In this document: positions 1 to 13,065 of the stretch, one piece after another
Numbering within the stretch: position 1 is the stretch's first letter
How the letters are laid out: each line of letters starts with the position of its first letter
DNA from: Eledone cirrhosa
Taxonomy: Eukaryota
Assembly: GCA_964016885.1 (NCBI GenBank)
Contig: OZ024745.1
Location: forward strand, 129,022,001-129,086,000
DNA length: 64,000 nucleotides
Direction of reading: 5' to 3'
Made by a program: the position numbers and the translations under genes
Notes under the pieces: generated by a model
Told to the model about the DNA's origin: nothing
Databases searched by the model: none
The model's input: the letters and a program-made list of their open reading frames with translations, nothing else

Positions 1-56
1 GATTGTAATATGTACAATAAATTCCATTCCTCGCAACACTGGTTCTCTTTTTTTCT

Positions 57-126
<70 letters not shown>

Positions 127-2036
127 CATACAAATATATACATAGATAAAACACACACATACAACCATATATAAGCATTTATATCTTTGTCATGCCATTA
201 TACCATTATAGTCATATCAATCACATATACGCCATTACAGACTTTTACGTTTCACCTTACTTTTACTAATAAGTATCAAAATAATTCGTTATAGAGGACG
301 AGCTGGGAGCTTAGCGCCAAATCACTTTACTTTACGCGCATGCATACAAATACACACACACACACACAATCCCGCACGCGTACACACATACACACACGTA
401 CACACACTTACGCACACGCATTCACGGACACTCGTACAGACATTCGTATATTGAATATGCATATTTGTTGTTTAATCCCTGTTTATCCACAAGTAAAAGG
501 AAATAGAAAAAAAATCATACATATACAACTCAATTTATATTCTGTCCTTTCTCGGGATTGGCAACAAGGATTGAATTGTAAATGTATATTATTATTTATT
601 GACATACAAAGCCAAAGCAGAAGTTAATAAAATATGAGGACATAGTGAATATCGAAGCCTTAGTTCTTAAGTTAATGGACATCGCAATTACTGGCGTATA
701 AGAAAGGTGTTGGAAACGCCAGAGTTCACGTATGCGTTTATACACACGTAGTTCGAAATATTTGAAAAAAATAATATTCAAGGCATGCATATTTTCGAAA
801 GAATGTAATCGTTTTGCCTCTGCCTTTTTATGTTCCGAAGAAAAGATTTCGTGATCGAGTTAGCGGCAACTTAGAAATTTAGAATCAAAATCACAATAAA
901 ACGTTTTTAAATACGCATGAAAAACAATGGAATATGGTTTAAAAAATAATATAAAAAACGAAAACAGCAATGATTAAATATGCTATACGGTAACACTAAC
1001 ATCAATAGCTTTATTCTTGATTAGCCCAAGGTCAGCCATGATCACGTAGACCTTTGATCAATAGCATTCCAACAAAGACCAACACGTATTCCTAGGCATA
1101 TCTGCGATATTACAGTATGCAATATGTCATCATGATGAAGATAATATGATGTGATTTGAGGGAGATTAAACTGCAAATTCTTACAGTTTGATCGACTATG
1201 CATAGGCACCTTTTTCGGTTCCTACTTCAGTGGTGTATTTTTCGTAGGCTCCATCTAGGTAATGGCAGTTATGAACTTCATACAGAAAGTTATTCTCTCT
1301 ATTGTTGTCTGTAAAATGTAGGCAACCCCATTAGAGCTATCATTTACCCCTTGATAGATGCTGGACTGGTTTGTGTTAAAAAAACGTACAAATATGGATT
1401 GCAAAAATAAAAGAATATATTATATATTGCATAAAATATCTAGACGTGCCATGTCTAAAGGAGACCGCCCGGAATATTGGTGAGTTGGCTGAAGAACAAT
1501 AGAATAGCTATTTCGAAAATAAACCTTCTTATGTATCGGGATAAAATACCACCTAGACAACAAACAAACTTTTGTGTGGTTTCACAACCTTCTAGAAATA
1601 GCAGCTATATATCCCTACAACGACAGCAACAACAAAAAACAAAAAAACAACAACAATGTTTGTTAGAAAAACATGACGAACCGATCAACAATCTTGGTGT
1701 GGATATCATATCAATATAATTGAAATATAATGAATATGAAAGCAGTAGAACAAATGCGCCTTACGCGGAATGCATGAGGGTTAATATTTAGAAGGTTGTT
1801 TCATCTTCTAAAACCAGTAGCTGGTTCACATCCCACTCTACCATTTTAAAAACGAGAAGATACATTGAATTATGTAGCCATATATACACTACCTAAAAAA
1901 AACAAAACTGTATGGTCACTGCTGGAATGCTTTAAATCATATATTCATGGCCGCCGCTAGGGCAATCAGCGCCCTAGGTCAACCATGTAGTGTGTCCTCT
2001 CTTCTTTCAGTTATGCATCCCCTTCTCCCACCAAAT

Positions 2037-2125
2037 TACCGCATTTCCCGGCGCCGAAGACGCTTCGTCCTCGAGGACGTACCCTAAATTTGACAACCAA
2101 AAATTTGAAAAAAATAAAATAATAA
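2037..2125 (+). mobile_element. Possible Tc1/pogo-type MITE terminus nested in a GC-ended MITE-like element (~1946-2510)
   Basis: TACCGCATTTCCCGGCGCCGAAGACGC resembles TACCGTATTT..CG....TAAGACGC termini; partner end not seen. Confidence 0.4.
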
Positions 2126-3162
2126 TAATAAACAACCTCTAGAACGCATGGTAGATTTTTGAGACTTATTTTAGGAAAAAGGTAGTTTAAACTTATATTT
2201 TGGCAAACTAACGAAAGGAATTCTGGACACTTCTTGCTCTGATCACAATTAAAAAATTACTAACTAACATTACACACACCCACACCAAATCACGTGGTAG
2301 ATTATACCACCATACGATCCTCCCCACCATTTGGGGTTTTTCAACACTGCTGCTACGAAGAAAAATATGCTTAGTGATTAAAGTATTTAACGCATTATGT
2401 ATATTTTATTTAATTAAACGCATATATGTGAAACTATAATCTTTTATGAGTCAATATGGCGCCCTTTTATGTTAGCACCCCGAGCACATGCATAGTTGCC
2501 ATAATTATAACTTTGGTTTTGCATATATCTACTCAATTAGGGTTGAATCGGTGTTAAACCACAACAATAATAACTTGGAATGAACTATAAATATGATAGT
2601 TATGTTGGTAGTAAAATACTGAATATGGTGAGTCAACAAATTTTAATTAACTAATTAAATTAATTAACCACAAATAAAAACAAACCATTAGATTACTGAT
2701 AAGTTCCGATCAAGTAAAGCAAGGGAGACAATCGCGAAATATAAACTAAATAAGAATAATTCGAAATTTAATGGCGGCATGATGAAGTTAAGGGTGAGTC
2801 AGATCTTTGGTAAATAGAGTGATCTTTGGCCACTTTGGACACGTTTCACTCTTATCATACTGTCAATGAGGCAATAACCTTCAGTAGTACTTGCTTGATA
2901 TTCAGATGACTGAAAGAAATATATAGAGTTTGATAGTTTAGTATATCTCTAAACTATTCTTCATTCAGACTGTTTGATGTATTTAAAACTGCTTTACGGG
3001 CTTTGTAGATTTAACCTTCATAACACAGTATGAAGTTAAAATGGAAATATGAAATAAAAACGAATATATTTATAGAATCTTTACATCCTACAAATATACA
3101 TATTAACTATAGGAATAATTTTACAGAGGATATTTCCAGCCTAAAATAAATCGAATTCGATT

Positions 3163-3323
3163 GTATGAATGTATGTATGTATGCTTGTATGTATGTATGT
3201 ATGTATGTATGTATGTATGTATGTATGTATGTATGTATGTATGTACGTATGTATGTATGTATGTATGTATGTATGTATGTATGTATGTATGTATGTATGT
3301 ATGTATGTATGTATGTATGTGTA

Positions 3324-3356
<33 letters not shown>

Positions 3357-3534
3357 ATGCATGTATGTATGTATGTGTGTGTGTGTGTATGTATGTATGC
3401 ATGTATGTGTGTATGTATGTATGTATGCATGTATGTGTGTATGTATGTATGAATGCATGTATATATGTAGGTATGTATGTATATGTTTATGTATATATGG
3501 GTGTGACTATGTATAAATATAAATATATAGGTAA

Positions 3535-3608
<74 letters not shown>
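3163..3608. repeat. (TATG)n, (TA)n and (TG)n microsatellites; representative of dozens of similar tracts in the window
   Basis: Direct observation; other large tracts include 5571-5932, 35941-36523 and 53040-53450 (GTCT). Confidence 0.95.
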
Positions 3609-3610
<2 letters not shown>

Positions 3611-3972
3611 CGAAAATAGTATGAAAGTCGTAAATATATGATAGACGGCATCTCTAGCCATCAGCGAACCATATAACCGTGAGAAAACCAGACACCAAGA
3701 CGGCGATCAAAGAACGTTTAACAAAATAATAGGATAAAGAAACAGCAAATATTAATAAATAAAATAACATAGAGAAGTAGGATGGAAGTATTGTCTATAG
3801 TACCTCATCACTAACAGTTATTGAAGAGGAATATATGACTTCGGTCAACACCAAAGATACTGTTGCTCCAGTAAGTTAATGTGGACGAATCTAGTTAGTC
3901 TGTAAGGGAAGTTGTAAGGAAAAGAAGCGGTAATAATATACGCAAATATATGTATATGTGTGTATATATATA

Positions 3973-4152
3973 TAGGAACAAGTATGACCCCGACGGCAGA
4001 GCTCAAGCCGTTTCGACGGCTATTTCAGCCGTCGAAACGGCTTGAGCTCTGCCGTCGGGGTCATACTTGTTCCTATTACCCACTCTACTACCCAAAGTAT
4101 TGAGTACTTTGGTGCGTTATGGTCCATCTGGTTCCTTACCACAATCCCTTCG

Positions 4153-4155
<3 letters not shown>
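3973..4155 (+). mobile_element. Short foldback plus tail element (5 copies: here, 5131-5308, 25640-25826, 28357-28488 minus, 33448-33600)
   Basis: GACCCCGACGGCAGAGCTCAAGCCGTTTCGACGGCT and its inverse, then tail ...TATTGAGTAC...CCACAATCCCTTCGTTA(TA)n. Contains only the 3' half of a hammerhead, GAAACGGC-TTGAGCTCT-GCCGTC-GGGGTC. Confidence 0.85.
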
Positions 4156-4235
<80 letters not shown>

Positions 4236-4358
4236 GGAGGTGAGTTTTATTGTAGTACAATAAAGCAATGCAGATATCGGATAAGAAGCACTCTACAGTT
4301 TGTAGAACTGGAGTATACATAATATAAGATCAAAAGATGGGTAAAGGAGTTCCATGTA

Positions 4359-4425
4359 TTTTATTATGCGCATTTCAAAAACAAACATCATCATGCAATA
4401 ATATTTGTGTTTTCATCAGATAAAA
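4359..4425 (-). ncRNA. Type I hammerhead motif (left arm of the 4233-4741 foldback)
   Basis: Reverse complement reads TTTTAT-CTGATGA-AAACACAAATATTATT-GCAT-GATGATGTTTGTTTTT-GAAA-TGCGCA-TA-ATAAAA. Confidence 0.85.
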
Positions 4426-4546
4426 CAGGAGAACATGATATGAAGGCTAAAAAAACACTTGTGGATAGTGCAGTTTTAAATCAACATATGTTGATTTAAA
4501 ACTGCACTATCCACAAGTGTTTTTTAATCTTCATATCATGTCTCCC

Positions 4547-4617
4547 TATTTTATCTGATGAAAACGCAAATGTCATCGCATGATGATATTTGTTTTTGAA
4601 ATGCGCATAATAAAATA
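4547..4617 (+). ncRNA. Type I hammerhead ribozyme motif, intact core
   Basis: TATTTTAT-CTGATGA-AAACGCAAATGTCATC-GCAT-GATGATATTTGTTTTT-GAAA-TGCGCA-TA-ATAAAATA: 8-bp stem I, long stem II, palindromic stem III, predicted cleavage after AUA (4609). Confidence 0.88.
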
Positions 4618-4738
4618 CATGGAACTCCTTTACCCATCTTTTGATCTTATATTATGTATACTCCAGTTCTACAAACTGTAGAGTGCTTCTTATCCGATAT
4701 CTGCATTGCTTTATTGTACTACAATAAAACTCACCCCC

Positions 4739-4831
<93 letters not shown>

Positions 4832-4907
4832 CGTTTCTGAATTTGGCGTAGAAGATGGCGTAGGACAGAACAAAGGAGAGGCAGAAAAACAAAGAAAAGA
4901 ATCCCCA

Positions 4908-4950
4908 GTCACCGAAGAGGTCACAGAATGTGTGACGAAAGAACTTTGAC
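4908..4950 (+). ncRNA. Hammerhead motif with U4>C core change
   Basis: GTCA-CCGAAGA-G-GTCAC-AGAATGT-GTGAC-GAAA-GAAC-TT-TGAC; the paralog at 38216-38258 has the canonical CTGAAGA. Confidence 0.72.
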
Positions 4951-5098
4951 AATATATGAACAATCGTCTGGTTGTGGAACCAACCAACCAACCGGAAATT
5001 TATAAATTCCTAAATTTAAAAATTTAATTTATAATAAATTGAAGTGAGAGCAACTGGTGCGTGTGTTTCTTATTGGCAACATGACCCTCCCAAAGTAT

Positions 5099-5134
<36 letters not shown>

Positions 5135-5306
5135 AAGTATGACCCCGACAGCAGAGCTTAAGCCGTTTCAGTCCAGAAATAGCCGTCGAAACGGCTTGAG
5201 CTTTGCCGTCGGGGTCATACTTTTTCCTATTTTCCACTCTACTACCCTAAGTATTGAGTACTCTGGTGCGTTATGGGCCATCTGGTTCCTTACCACATTT
5301 CCTTTG

Positions 5307-5431
<125 letters not shown>

Positions 5432-5601
5432 AGGAGTTGACGGACCCAGCATATCTATCAATGCCAGGACCGGTTGTATCCCACTGTACTCAATAAGCAA
5501 TGTAAGATACATTCCCACACTATACACATAGTTATTCGCTTCAATACAACACACGTAAAACGGGGATATCTATATAAATATATATATATATATATACACA
5601 T

Positions 5602-5640
<39 letters not shown>

Positions 5641-5665
5641 AATTTATATATATATATATATATAA

Positions 5666-5735
<70 letters not shown>

Positions 5736-5752
5736 GTATATATATATGTATA

Positions 5753-5799
<47 letters not shown>

Positions 5800-5800
5800 G

Positions 5801-5917
<117 letters not shown>

Positions 5918-6023
5918 GTATATATATATATATTCACCCAAAATGGCTGACTAAATACGTACTTTCTTTTTTTCACCCAAATTTCTCACTCTCAATCTTT
6001 CTATTCTTTTATTTTTAATTTTA

Positions 6024-6059
6024 TCTTCTGACGAAGGACTAATGTCCCAAACGTTAAAG
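6024..6059 (+). ncRNA. Degenerate minimal hammerhead motif
   Basis: TCTT-CTGACGA-A-GGAC-TAAT-GTCC-CAAACGTT (G12>C); resembles the family at 13030-13065. Confidence 0.6.
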
Positions 6060-6127
6060 CATTTTTCACGCTATATGAATCGTTAAACTATTCATTGCTC
6101 TGTATTGTTTCCGTTCACTTTTCACAT

Positions 6128-6165
<38 letters not shown>

Positions 6166-6252
6166 GCGTATGTGTGTGTGTCTCTCACTATATATATATA
6201 TAAAAGTAGACAAACACAGGAATATGTATATATGTATGCATATGTGTGTATA

Positions 6253-6376
<124 letters not shown>

Positions 6377-6486
6377 TGTATGTGTGTGTGCGTGTAGTAA
6401 TAGAAAACGAAACAAATCCTTGATACAGAAAGTTTACTTTCCTGATGATTGTTTTTTAATATTTTTTTTAATACACACACACACAG

Positions 6487-6607
<121 letters not shown>

Positions 6608-6671
6608 CACGTATGCATACATATATACATATTCCTGCGTTTGTCTACTTTTTGTTTTCTGAAATTCCAAA

Positions 6672-6746
<75 letters not shown>

Positions 6747-6849
6747 TATTTAATAGTAGAACACTGGTGCGTTATATCCGTAGTAGTAGATGACTCAGTC
6801 CATGGGACGTGTTTGTCAGAAGTAGTTTCACAACAGTTAGTTCATCATG

Positions 6850-6938
6850 CCGAGAACAATTGTTTCACCTTATTCGGATCATCAGCTTCATTTAGACCGA
6901 CCTGATGATCCGAATAAGGTGAAACAATTGTTCTCGGT
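6850..6938. ncRNA. Two divergent minimal hammerhead motifs in a foldback (6850-6887 minus; 6896-6938 plus)
   Basis: ACCGAC-CTGATGA-TCCGAATAAGGT-GAAAC-AATT-GTT-CTCGGT with an inverted copy; palindromic CAATTG stem III; very short stem II. Confidence 0.65.
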
Positions 6939-6964
6939 ATGGTGAACTAACTGTTGTGGAACTA

Positions 6965-7010
<46 letters not shown>

Positions 7011-7536
7011 GGAAGAATATAATTAAATCTCAAAAGAGAATAGCGATAGATACACAAGTTGTATCTGACAGCTGCAGAAAATAGGAATTGCTCAATATTA
7101 TTTATTTCATGCAAAACAAGCTTTGGGAGAGAAGCTAGCTTAGATCTTATAAAGAGTTAGTGACGCATAGAGGAAATAAGCAGAGCATGTATATTCAAAA
7201 TTAATTGGAGGATATATATATATATATATATAAGTATGTACACGTACATACATATATGTATACTGACGTACAGTAGTATGTATATATATATATATATATA
7301 CATACATGCACACATATATATGTACGTATGGATTCACCGAACATTTATTATAATGCTCGGTGTGTTTGTAAACAAACATCCCGTATTAAGCCGTAGTGTC
7401 CAGCAACCATCGTTGCTCGTTTGTTCAACACTGACAAAGGAACGCTGTACTAGTTTCAAGCTTATTTGAAGTAACAGATTATTTAAGTAACAGCCGTACT
7501 AAGAGTGGGAAATGAAATTTCGTTTCCTTTTTTTCC

Positions 7537-7604
<68 letters not shown>

Positions 7605-7673
7605 ATTTATGTATATATATACATATATATACATATGTGTGTGCGTGTGTATGTATATATATGTATATATATG

Positions 7674-7716
<43 letters not shown>

Positions 7717-7902
7717 TATGTTGGTTGTTTACCGACACCTCAGTATGCTGATTGGAGCACTCGACGAAGTACGCTAGTTGGTTTGTTTACTCCGGTTCCT
7801 CAGAGGAATAACAATAGACCCAGGAGCTGAACATATCGATGTATTGACGGAGTAAAACACACTTCCACAACATGTTTACCTGTCTTTCCCACACCAATTC
7901 GG

Positions 7903-7957
7903 ACTGCCTGAAGAGGTCACAGCCAATGATGGCTGTCACCGAAATATATATAGCAGT
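7903..7957 (+). ncRNA. Type I hammerhead motif, intact core
   Basis: ACTGC-CTGAAGA-GGTCACAGCCA-ATGA-TGGCTGTCACC-GAAA-TATATA-TA-GCAGT. Confidence 0.88.
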
Positions 7958-7967
7958 ATATCTATAA

Positions 7968-8891
7968 TCTATATATATAAAATTGAGGTTGTCTGTCTGT
8001 CTGTCTACTAAAACGGTCGGCGCAATCTCCTCCTAAGCCGTACGTTCAAATTTCGGTGAACTTGCTACACTTATAGATGAAGGTCCGGCGGGGACATCGG
8101 TCCAAAAAAATTTCAAATCGACCCACGCCAAGTGCAAAAATCGAATTTGTAATGTATTGATTTTTCAGTTCAAATGTATAAATAGAGATGAGAGACGAGT
8201 TATTTCCCTTTTATGGCGTCATTCTGTCTATCTATTTACGTTACGAATATATGACGCGTGCAAAAGTACAAAAATACGCGAACAGTTTTCGAACCAGCAA
8301 AATTCATGACTTCGAAGTTTCAACATTAAGCTTCCATTTTGCTACTAAGCTTCCATTTTGCTTCATTTCCATTAAAAAGTCTTTTAAAACAATATTTTTA
8401 CTTGAAAACAAGCCTATTTGAATACACCATCACACAAGCAAATATTTTGTAAAAAAAAGCATTGATCTCGAATAAATTCTTATGAGATTTTCATTTAGAA
8501 GCAATGATTTTAAACGACAGACAGATAACGCATTTTTTTTTTTTTTTTTTCATGTCCATCCAATTTCTTTGTTTCAAAATAACTGATAGTTTGGTTACGC
8601 TGATGTTTTTCTCTGAGACAAGTGTTGCAGTGTTTACATTTTCGATTTTTGTTAACAGATTACCAGTGCAGTTTTTATCCCCAGCATCCTCTTTTGTTTT
8701 AACATTCGGGTTATGGTTATGTTTTCTTAACTTCATAAGGCATACTGTTGGTTGAGGGAATATTAATCAAAAGTACCACATGAAAGTCTACACTGTAGAC
8801 TCTACAGTTTTTAAGCCAAGAAAGGAACTTAACATTGTAACTTTAACACAGCTACTGAGTAGCCCCGAGCAACGCTGGGCTTTACTGCTAG
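7968..8891 (+). mobile_element. Non-autonomous Helitron
   Basis: 5' TCTATATATATAAAATTGAGGTTGTCTGTCTGTC; 3' hairpin GCCCCGAGCAACGCTGGGC, then CTAG followed by T; no target-site duplication. The start could instead be 7961. Confidence 0.85.
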
Positions 8892-8940
8892 TTTATAATA
8901 AACGAAGCCAAATTTTACATATTTGACTTAATTTTTTTAT

Positions 8941-9000
<60 letters not shown>

Positions 9001-10317
9001 ATGTGTGTGTGTGTTGTGTGTACATGAGCGTGAGTGTGTGTACATATAAATAAAATTAATTATTTTTAATGTCCTATCTCATTTATATTAAATATTTGCC
9101 GTTAATATAAATGTGTTCCTTTTGGTGATACTTCACTACGTTATAATGCTTATTCACAGCGGCAAAGTACCTGACGAATAAGTGAGATACTCGTGGGGTT
9201 AGATGAGTTTTAAATTTATTCCAGTAACACTTACAGTACTTAAATTGAGAAGAGGAATGTCAGGAATTCTATAGTGTAAATGGTAGCATGGTCACTTAGT
9301 AATCCCAAGATACATTTATTTGAGGTTTTTCAATTTTTCTCTAACTAGCTCTTATAACGGCTTGTAACGTAATATTATTAGCCATTAATTGTTCTTAGAA
9401 TAACTCCCTATCATAATCACTGAATAAGTATGATAGTTATTCTTGTTAGACAATAGTAATATGCCTGTTTCCCAGCCTGCGAAGGATAGAACTTTGTAGT
9501 AATTAATATTATAGAGAAGAATGTTAGGCATTAGTTGTCGTTGTCCTTTAAACTGAAGGGCAGTTCTGTCGCCCAACACATGATAGTTATGTGGCTGGAG
9601 ACTCTTTGGTAAGACTACCTTCCAGCTTGTTAATCAGAAGGGGGATTTAGCAATAGTTATGAGGACAACACAAATTGAATTAGCCAAATAATCGGCGAAC
9701 AACTTTACATCACAGATATATATTATATATATTATGCATTTATGGCGTTAACTCGCCCCCATATATATAGAGAGAAAAGAATTTTTTATCATAATTTTTG
9801 TTCTTGCTGTTGTGTAGACACGGGTCAATCTCGATCAAAGCATATACGAATCTCTTTGTAGCGTAGCCAGGCTCGGATAGGCATAGTCTATGACCATTTG
9901 AGATTCAGTGACTGGTGAACAGATAGTTCACATGGTCTGAATATTTGAAACAGAGTGGACTCAGCTAAAATCACCCAAGGGCAGGTGGTGGTGCTAGATG
10001 GAGAAATAGAATAAGTCTACCATCAAACAAGAATTACAGGTTATTCGACAGTTTTTCGTAGTCTATCCAATTCATTCACAAAACAGTTTGGTCTGTGTTT
10101 ATGGTAGAGAATACTTGCCCAGTTTCCTACGGTTGGATCGAATCTGAACCAACGAGAATGTGAACCAAACTTAGCCGCACTCCCGTACATGTGTCTACAG
10201 TTCTATATGATGTAGCATTGTAGTCTACACATATTGGAGCCTCTACACTGTTCAGGCTGTATATGTATATCTTTAGATTCTGGTAGATACAGCAATGAAG
10301 GCGGGAAACGTCTTTCA

Positions 10318-10605
10318 ATGTGAGACCAGAAGTTAGTCATCAAGTAAGTTACCCCTCTACACATTACGTGGGTTGTTCAAGGAACAAGAGAGGAACATAG
10401 AGTTTGACACAAAGTGTCCTTGTAGGCAAATTCAAAATAAAAAATTTTGAAACACTAATGTGAGAATTCTGGCCATGAAGTAAGTTTCCCCTCTACACAT
10501 CTTGTAGTTGTTCAAGAGAAAAGAAAGGGCCAATACAGCTTGACATAAATGTCCTTGAAGGCGAATTCAAAATACAAAAAGTTGGAACAAATAACGTGAG
10601 AATTA
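10318..10605. repeat. Diverged ~140-bp tandem duplication
   Basis: AAGTAAGTT(A/T)CCCCTCTACACAT...GTTGTTCAAG...TGTCCTTG(T/A)AGGC(A/G)AATTCAAAATA occurs twice. Confidence 0.8.
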
Positions 10606-10684
10606 TTTGTCTACCTCACTAACAATTCTACCAACCCACCAAAATGGCGCGGTCATGTACCAACCAATAGACTCCACTGACTAG

Positions 10685-10795
10685 AAAATAGAAAACAAAG
10701 TCGATCTCTTTGGGATTTGAAATTAGAATGTAAATAGCTCCAATAAATACCGCAAAATTATTTGTTTTCCGCCCTAACGATTTTACCATCCACTG
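10685..10795 (-). mobile_element. Old diverged SINE of the same superfamily
   Basis: CAAAGTCGATCTCTTTGGGATTTGAAATTAGAATGTAAA resembles the reverse complement of the SINE B-box region. Confidence 0.55.
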
Positions 10796-11552
10796 ATACT
10801 TTGCGTTTATCATTAGTGGTGTGTATTCTCTCATATTGTTTGAGATTAAACACGGTATTTATACAGTTGTTTTTGTGTGATATGTTTGTTTGTTTAGGCT
10901 GCGCGGGAGATATAAATAGTGATTTGAGGTTGTTGTTGTAGACGTGTTGATGCTTGGAGCAGGGCCGGTTTTTATGGGCGGGGGGGGGGGGGCAATTTCT
11001 CCGGGCCCTCTGCAATGGGGGCTCTACCAGCGACGGTCGTAGCAATTTATTTGTGCTCTCAGCTGGGCTTTTTAATTTTAGGATGGTTAGAATTTTGGAA
11101 TTTAATACCTCTATGTATAACTTTTTCAATTCCAAATAGTTGCGCCAAGCTAACCTTGCTATGTACAAATGTGGGGTTTGCTGTGTATTCTAATTATTTG
11201 TGTATGATCCCCATTCCAAGCCTGAAGTGCCCCGGGCACCCGAGATCTAAATCCAAGGTTGAGAGGTTATCGTTCACATCTCGAGCCAGTTAACAGAGAA
11301 AGAGAGACCTGAGTGAGAAACAAAGGAAAACAGAGAGAGAAGTAAGAGAGAGAGAGAGAAAAACGAAAAAAAAGAGAAAGAGAGAGGGAGAGAGAGAAAG
11401 AGAGGAGAAGAGAGAAAAACAGAGATAGAGAGAGAAAAAGAGAAAAAAAGAGAAACAGAAAAACAGAGAAAAAGTGAGAGAGAGAAGAGAGCGAAAAAAA
11501 AAAGCGAAAGAAAGAAAACAGAGAGAAAGTGAGGGAGAGAAGAGCGAAAATG

Positions 11553-11623
<71 letters not shown>

Positions 11624-12067
11624 AATAGAGAAAAATAGAGAAAAATAGAGAAAAATAGATAGAGAATTGGAGAGAGTGAGCAAGATCGCGAGGCAGGAAT
11701 AAATAAAAATTGAATTTAAAAAAAGCACGAAAATTCGAAGCTTTGTACTAACATAGATAATCCAACATTTTTTTTCTTCGTCTATTTTCTAGAAATGTTG
11801 AATGTCACAACCAACTGATGTAATCTCATCTAAGCTTGTTATAAGATACTAATCAACTAAAATGATTTGTAGCTCAGAACATATTACATATTATGCAAGG
11901 ACCAACATTCTAACGTCTTCGTGATTTTGAAGGTAGATAACACAAAACAGAAAAAGTGCAGAAGAGAATCTTCTGCATAGAAAAGCAGAAATTATTATCT
12001 CAGAGAAAATGTCAAAAAACTATGAATGATCTCACCCCGACTACGCAGGCACACACACACACACACA

Positions 12068-12101
<34 letters not shown>

Positions 12102-12102
12102 T

Positions 12103-12190
<88 letters not shown>

Positions 12191-12454
12191 GCACACACAC
12201 ACACACACACACGGGCACACACAAGTTTCATGTCTTCATAGAACATTCTTCAGGTATACTGTGAGGCTCTAACAATGTAATATAAATATTTTCACTTACT
12301 TGGAATCCTAAAAACTATTCAAATCCAACATCAGAGCACGTTAACCCTCACCAACCCCTCACCCCACCCCAACCTCACAGACTTGAGAGGGCGTGTGGTA
12401 TCTTTGCACTGGAGTGTAGGGGAGATTCCTGAAAAGATAAAATGCCGGTATACC

Positions 12455-12485
12455 TAGACGGGCGCCAGCCGGACGAGCCAGCTAG
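12455..12485 (+). mobile_element. Helitron-like 3' terminus (5' end not located)
   Basis: GC-rich ACGGGCGCCAGCCGGACG closely followed by CTAG|T. Confidence 0.5.
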
Positions 12486-12806
12486 TTTATATATATTTAC
12501 CGCAAGATCATCAGACAAGCTCTTGTCTGATGATCATATGACTCACATTTTAGCCATAATAATATTGAATATTAAAATTCTACTACGGTATTGAGTACAC
12601 CTTTTTCTCAGCCGTCAAATTTATTTTTCCTTTTCAGGTAGACGCGCTCCATCATCCACTTTTCTAAAAACGTATATCATACACAAACGTCAACATTAGC
12701 AGTTTTCCAAGAGATGTCAACATGAATGGACCTGTTATTTTTATCGAAAAACATTTTTTTCCATTACACCCCAACCGCCCCTTCAATCTTTTTAATTTCT
12801 CATCCT

Positions 12807-12844
12807 TTCTTCTGATGAAGGACTAGCGTCCGAAAGGTTAGGAA
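12807..12844 (+). ncRNA. Minimal hammerhead motif (stem III mutated)
   Basis: TCTT-CTGATGA-A-GGAC-TAGC-GTCC-GAAA-GG-TT-AGGA. Confidence 0.7.
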
Positions 12845-13029
12845 CATCTTCCTGCTATTTCAAGTGTTAACCTAATATTTTACTTCCGTATACTGTTCCG
12901 TTTGTGTTTTTATTTCTGTTTACCTTTTACATACATATATATATACATACATATATATGTAAAAGGTAAACAGAAATAACACAATGGGTACAGTATATTA
13001 GGTTAACGCTTGATATAGCAGGAAGAGAG

Positions 13030-13065
13030 TCTTAACGTTTCGGACGCTAGTCCTTCATCAGAAGA
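13030..13065 (-). ncRNA. Minimal hammerhead motif, intact core
   Basis: Reverse complement TCTT-CTGATGA-A-GGAC-TAGC-GTCC-GAAA-CG-TT-AAGA; ACGT palindrome replaces stem III. Confidence 0.8.

Larger units (their letters stand above)
4233..4741. mobile_element. Spacer-less ~510-bp foldback of a hammerhead-bearing PLE-type unit within (TA)n
   Basis: Arms GTAGGAGGTGAGTTTT... and ...AAAACTCACCCCCTAC; centre TCAACATATGTTGA near 4487; (TA)n on both sides. Confidence 0.9.

Noticed and set aside
1772-1785. piggyBac-like GGG|TTAA end (also TTAA|CCCTTT at 46799)
   Set aside because: No matching partner terminus found.
12215-12260. Minus-strand CTGAAGA-ATGT...ACAT-GAAAC motif
   Set aside because: No room for the cleavage nucleotide, and stem I relies on the CA repeat; may be chance.
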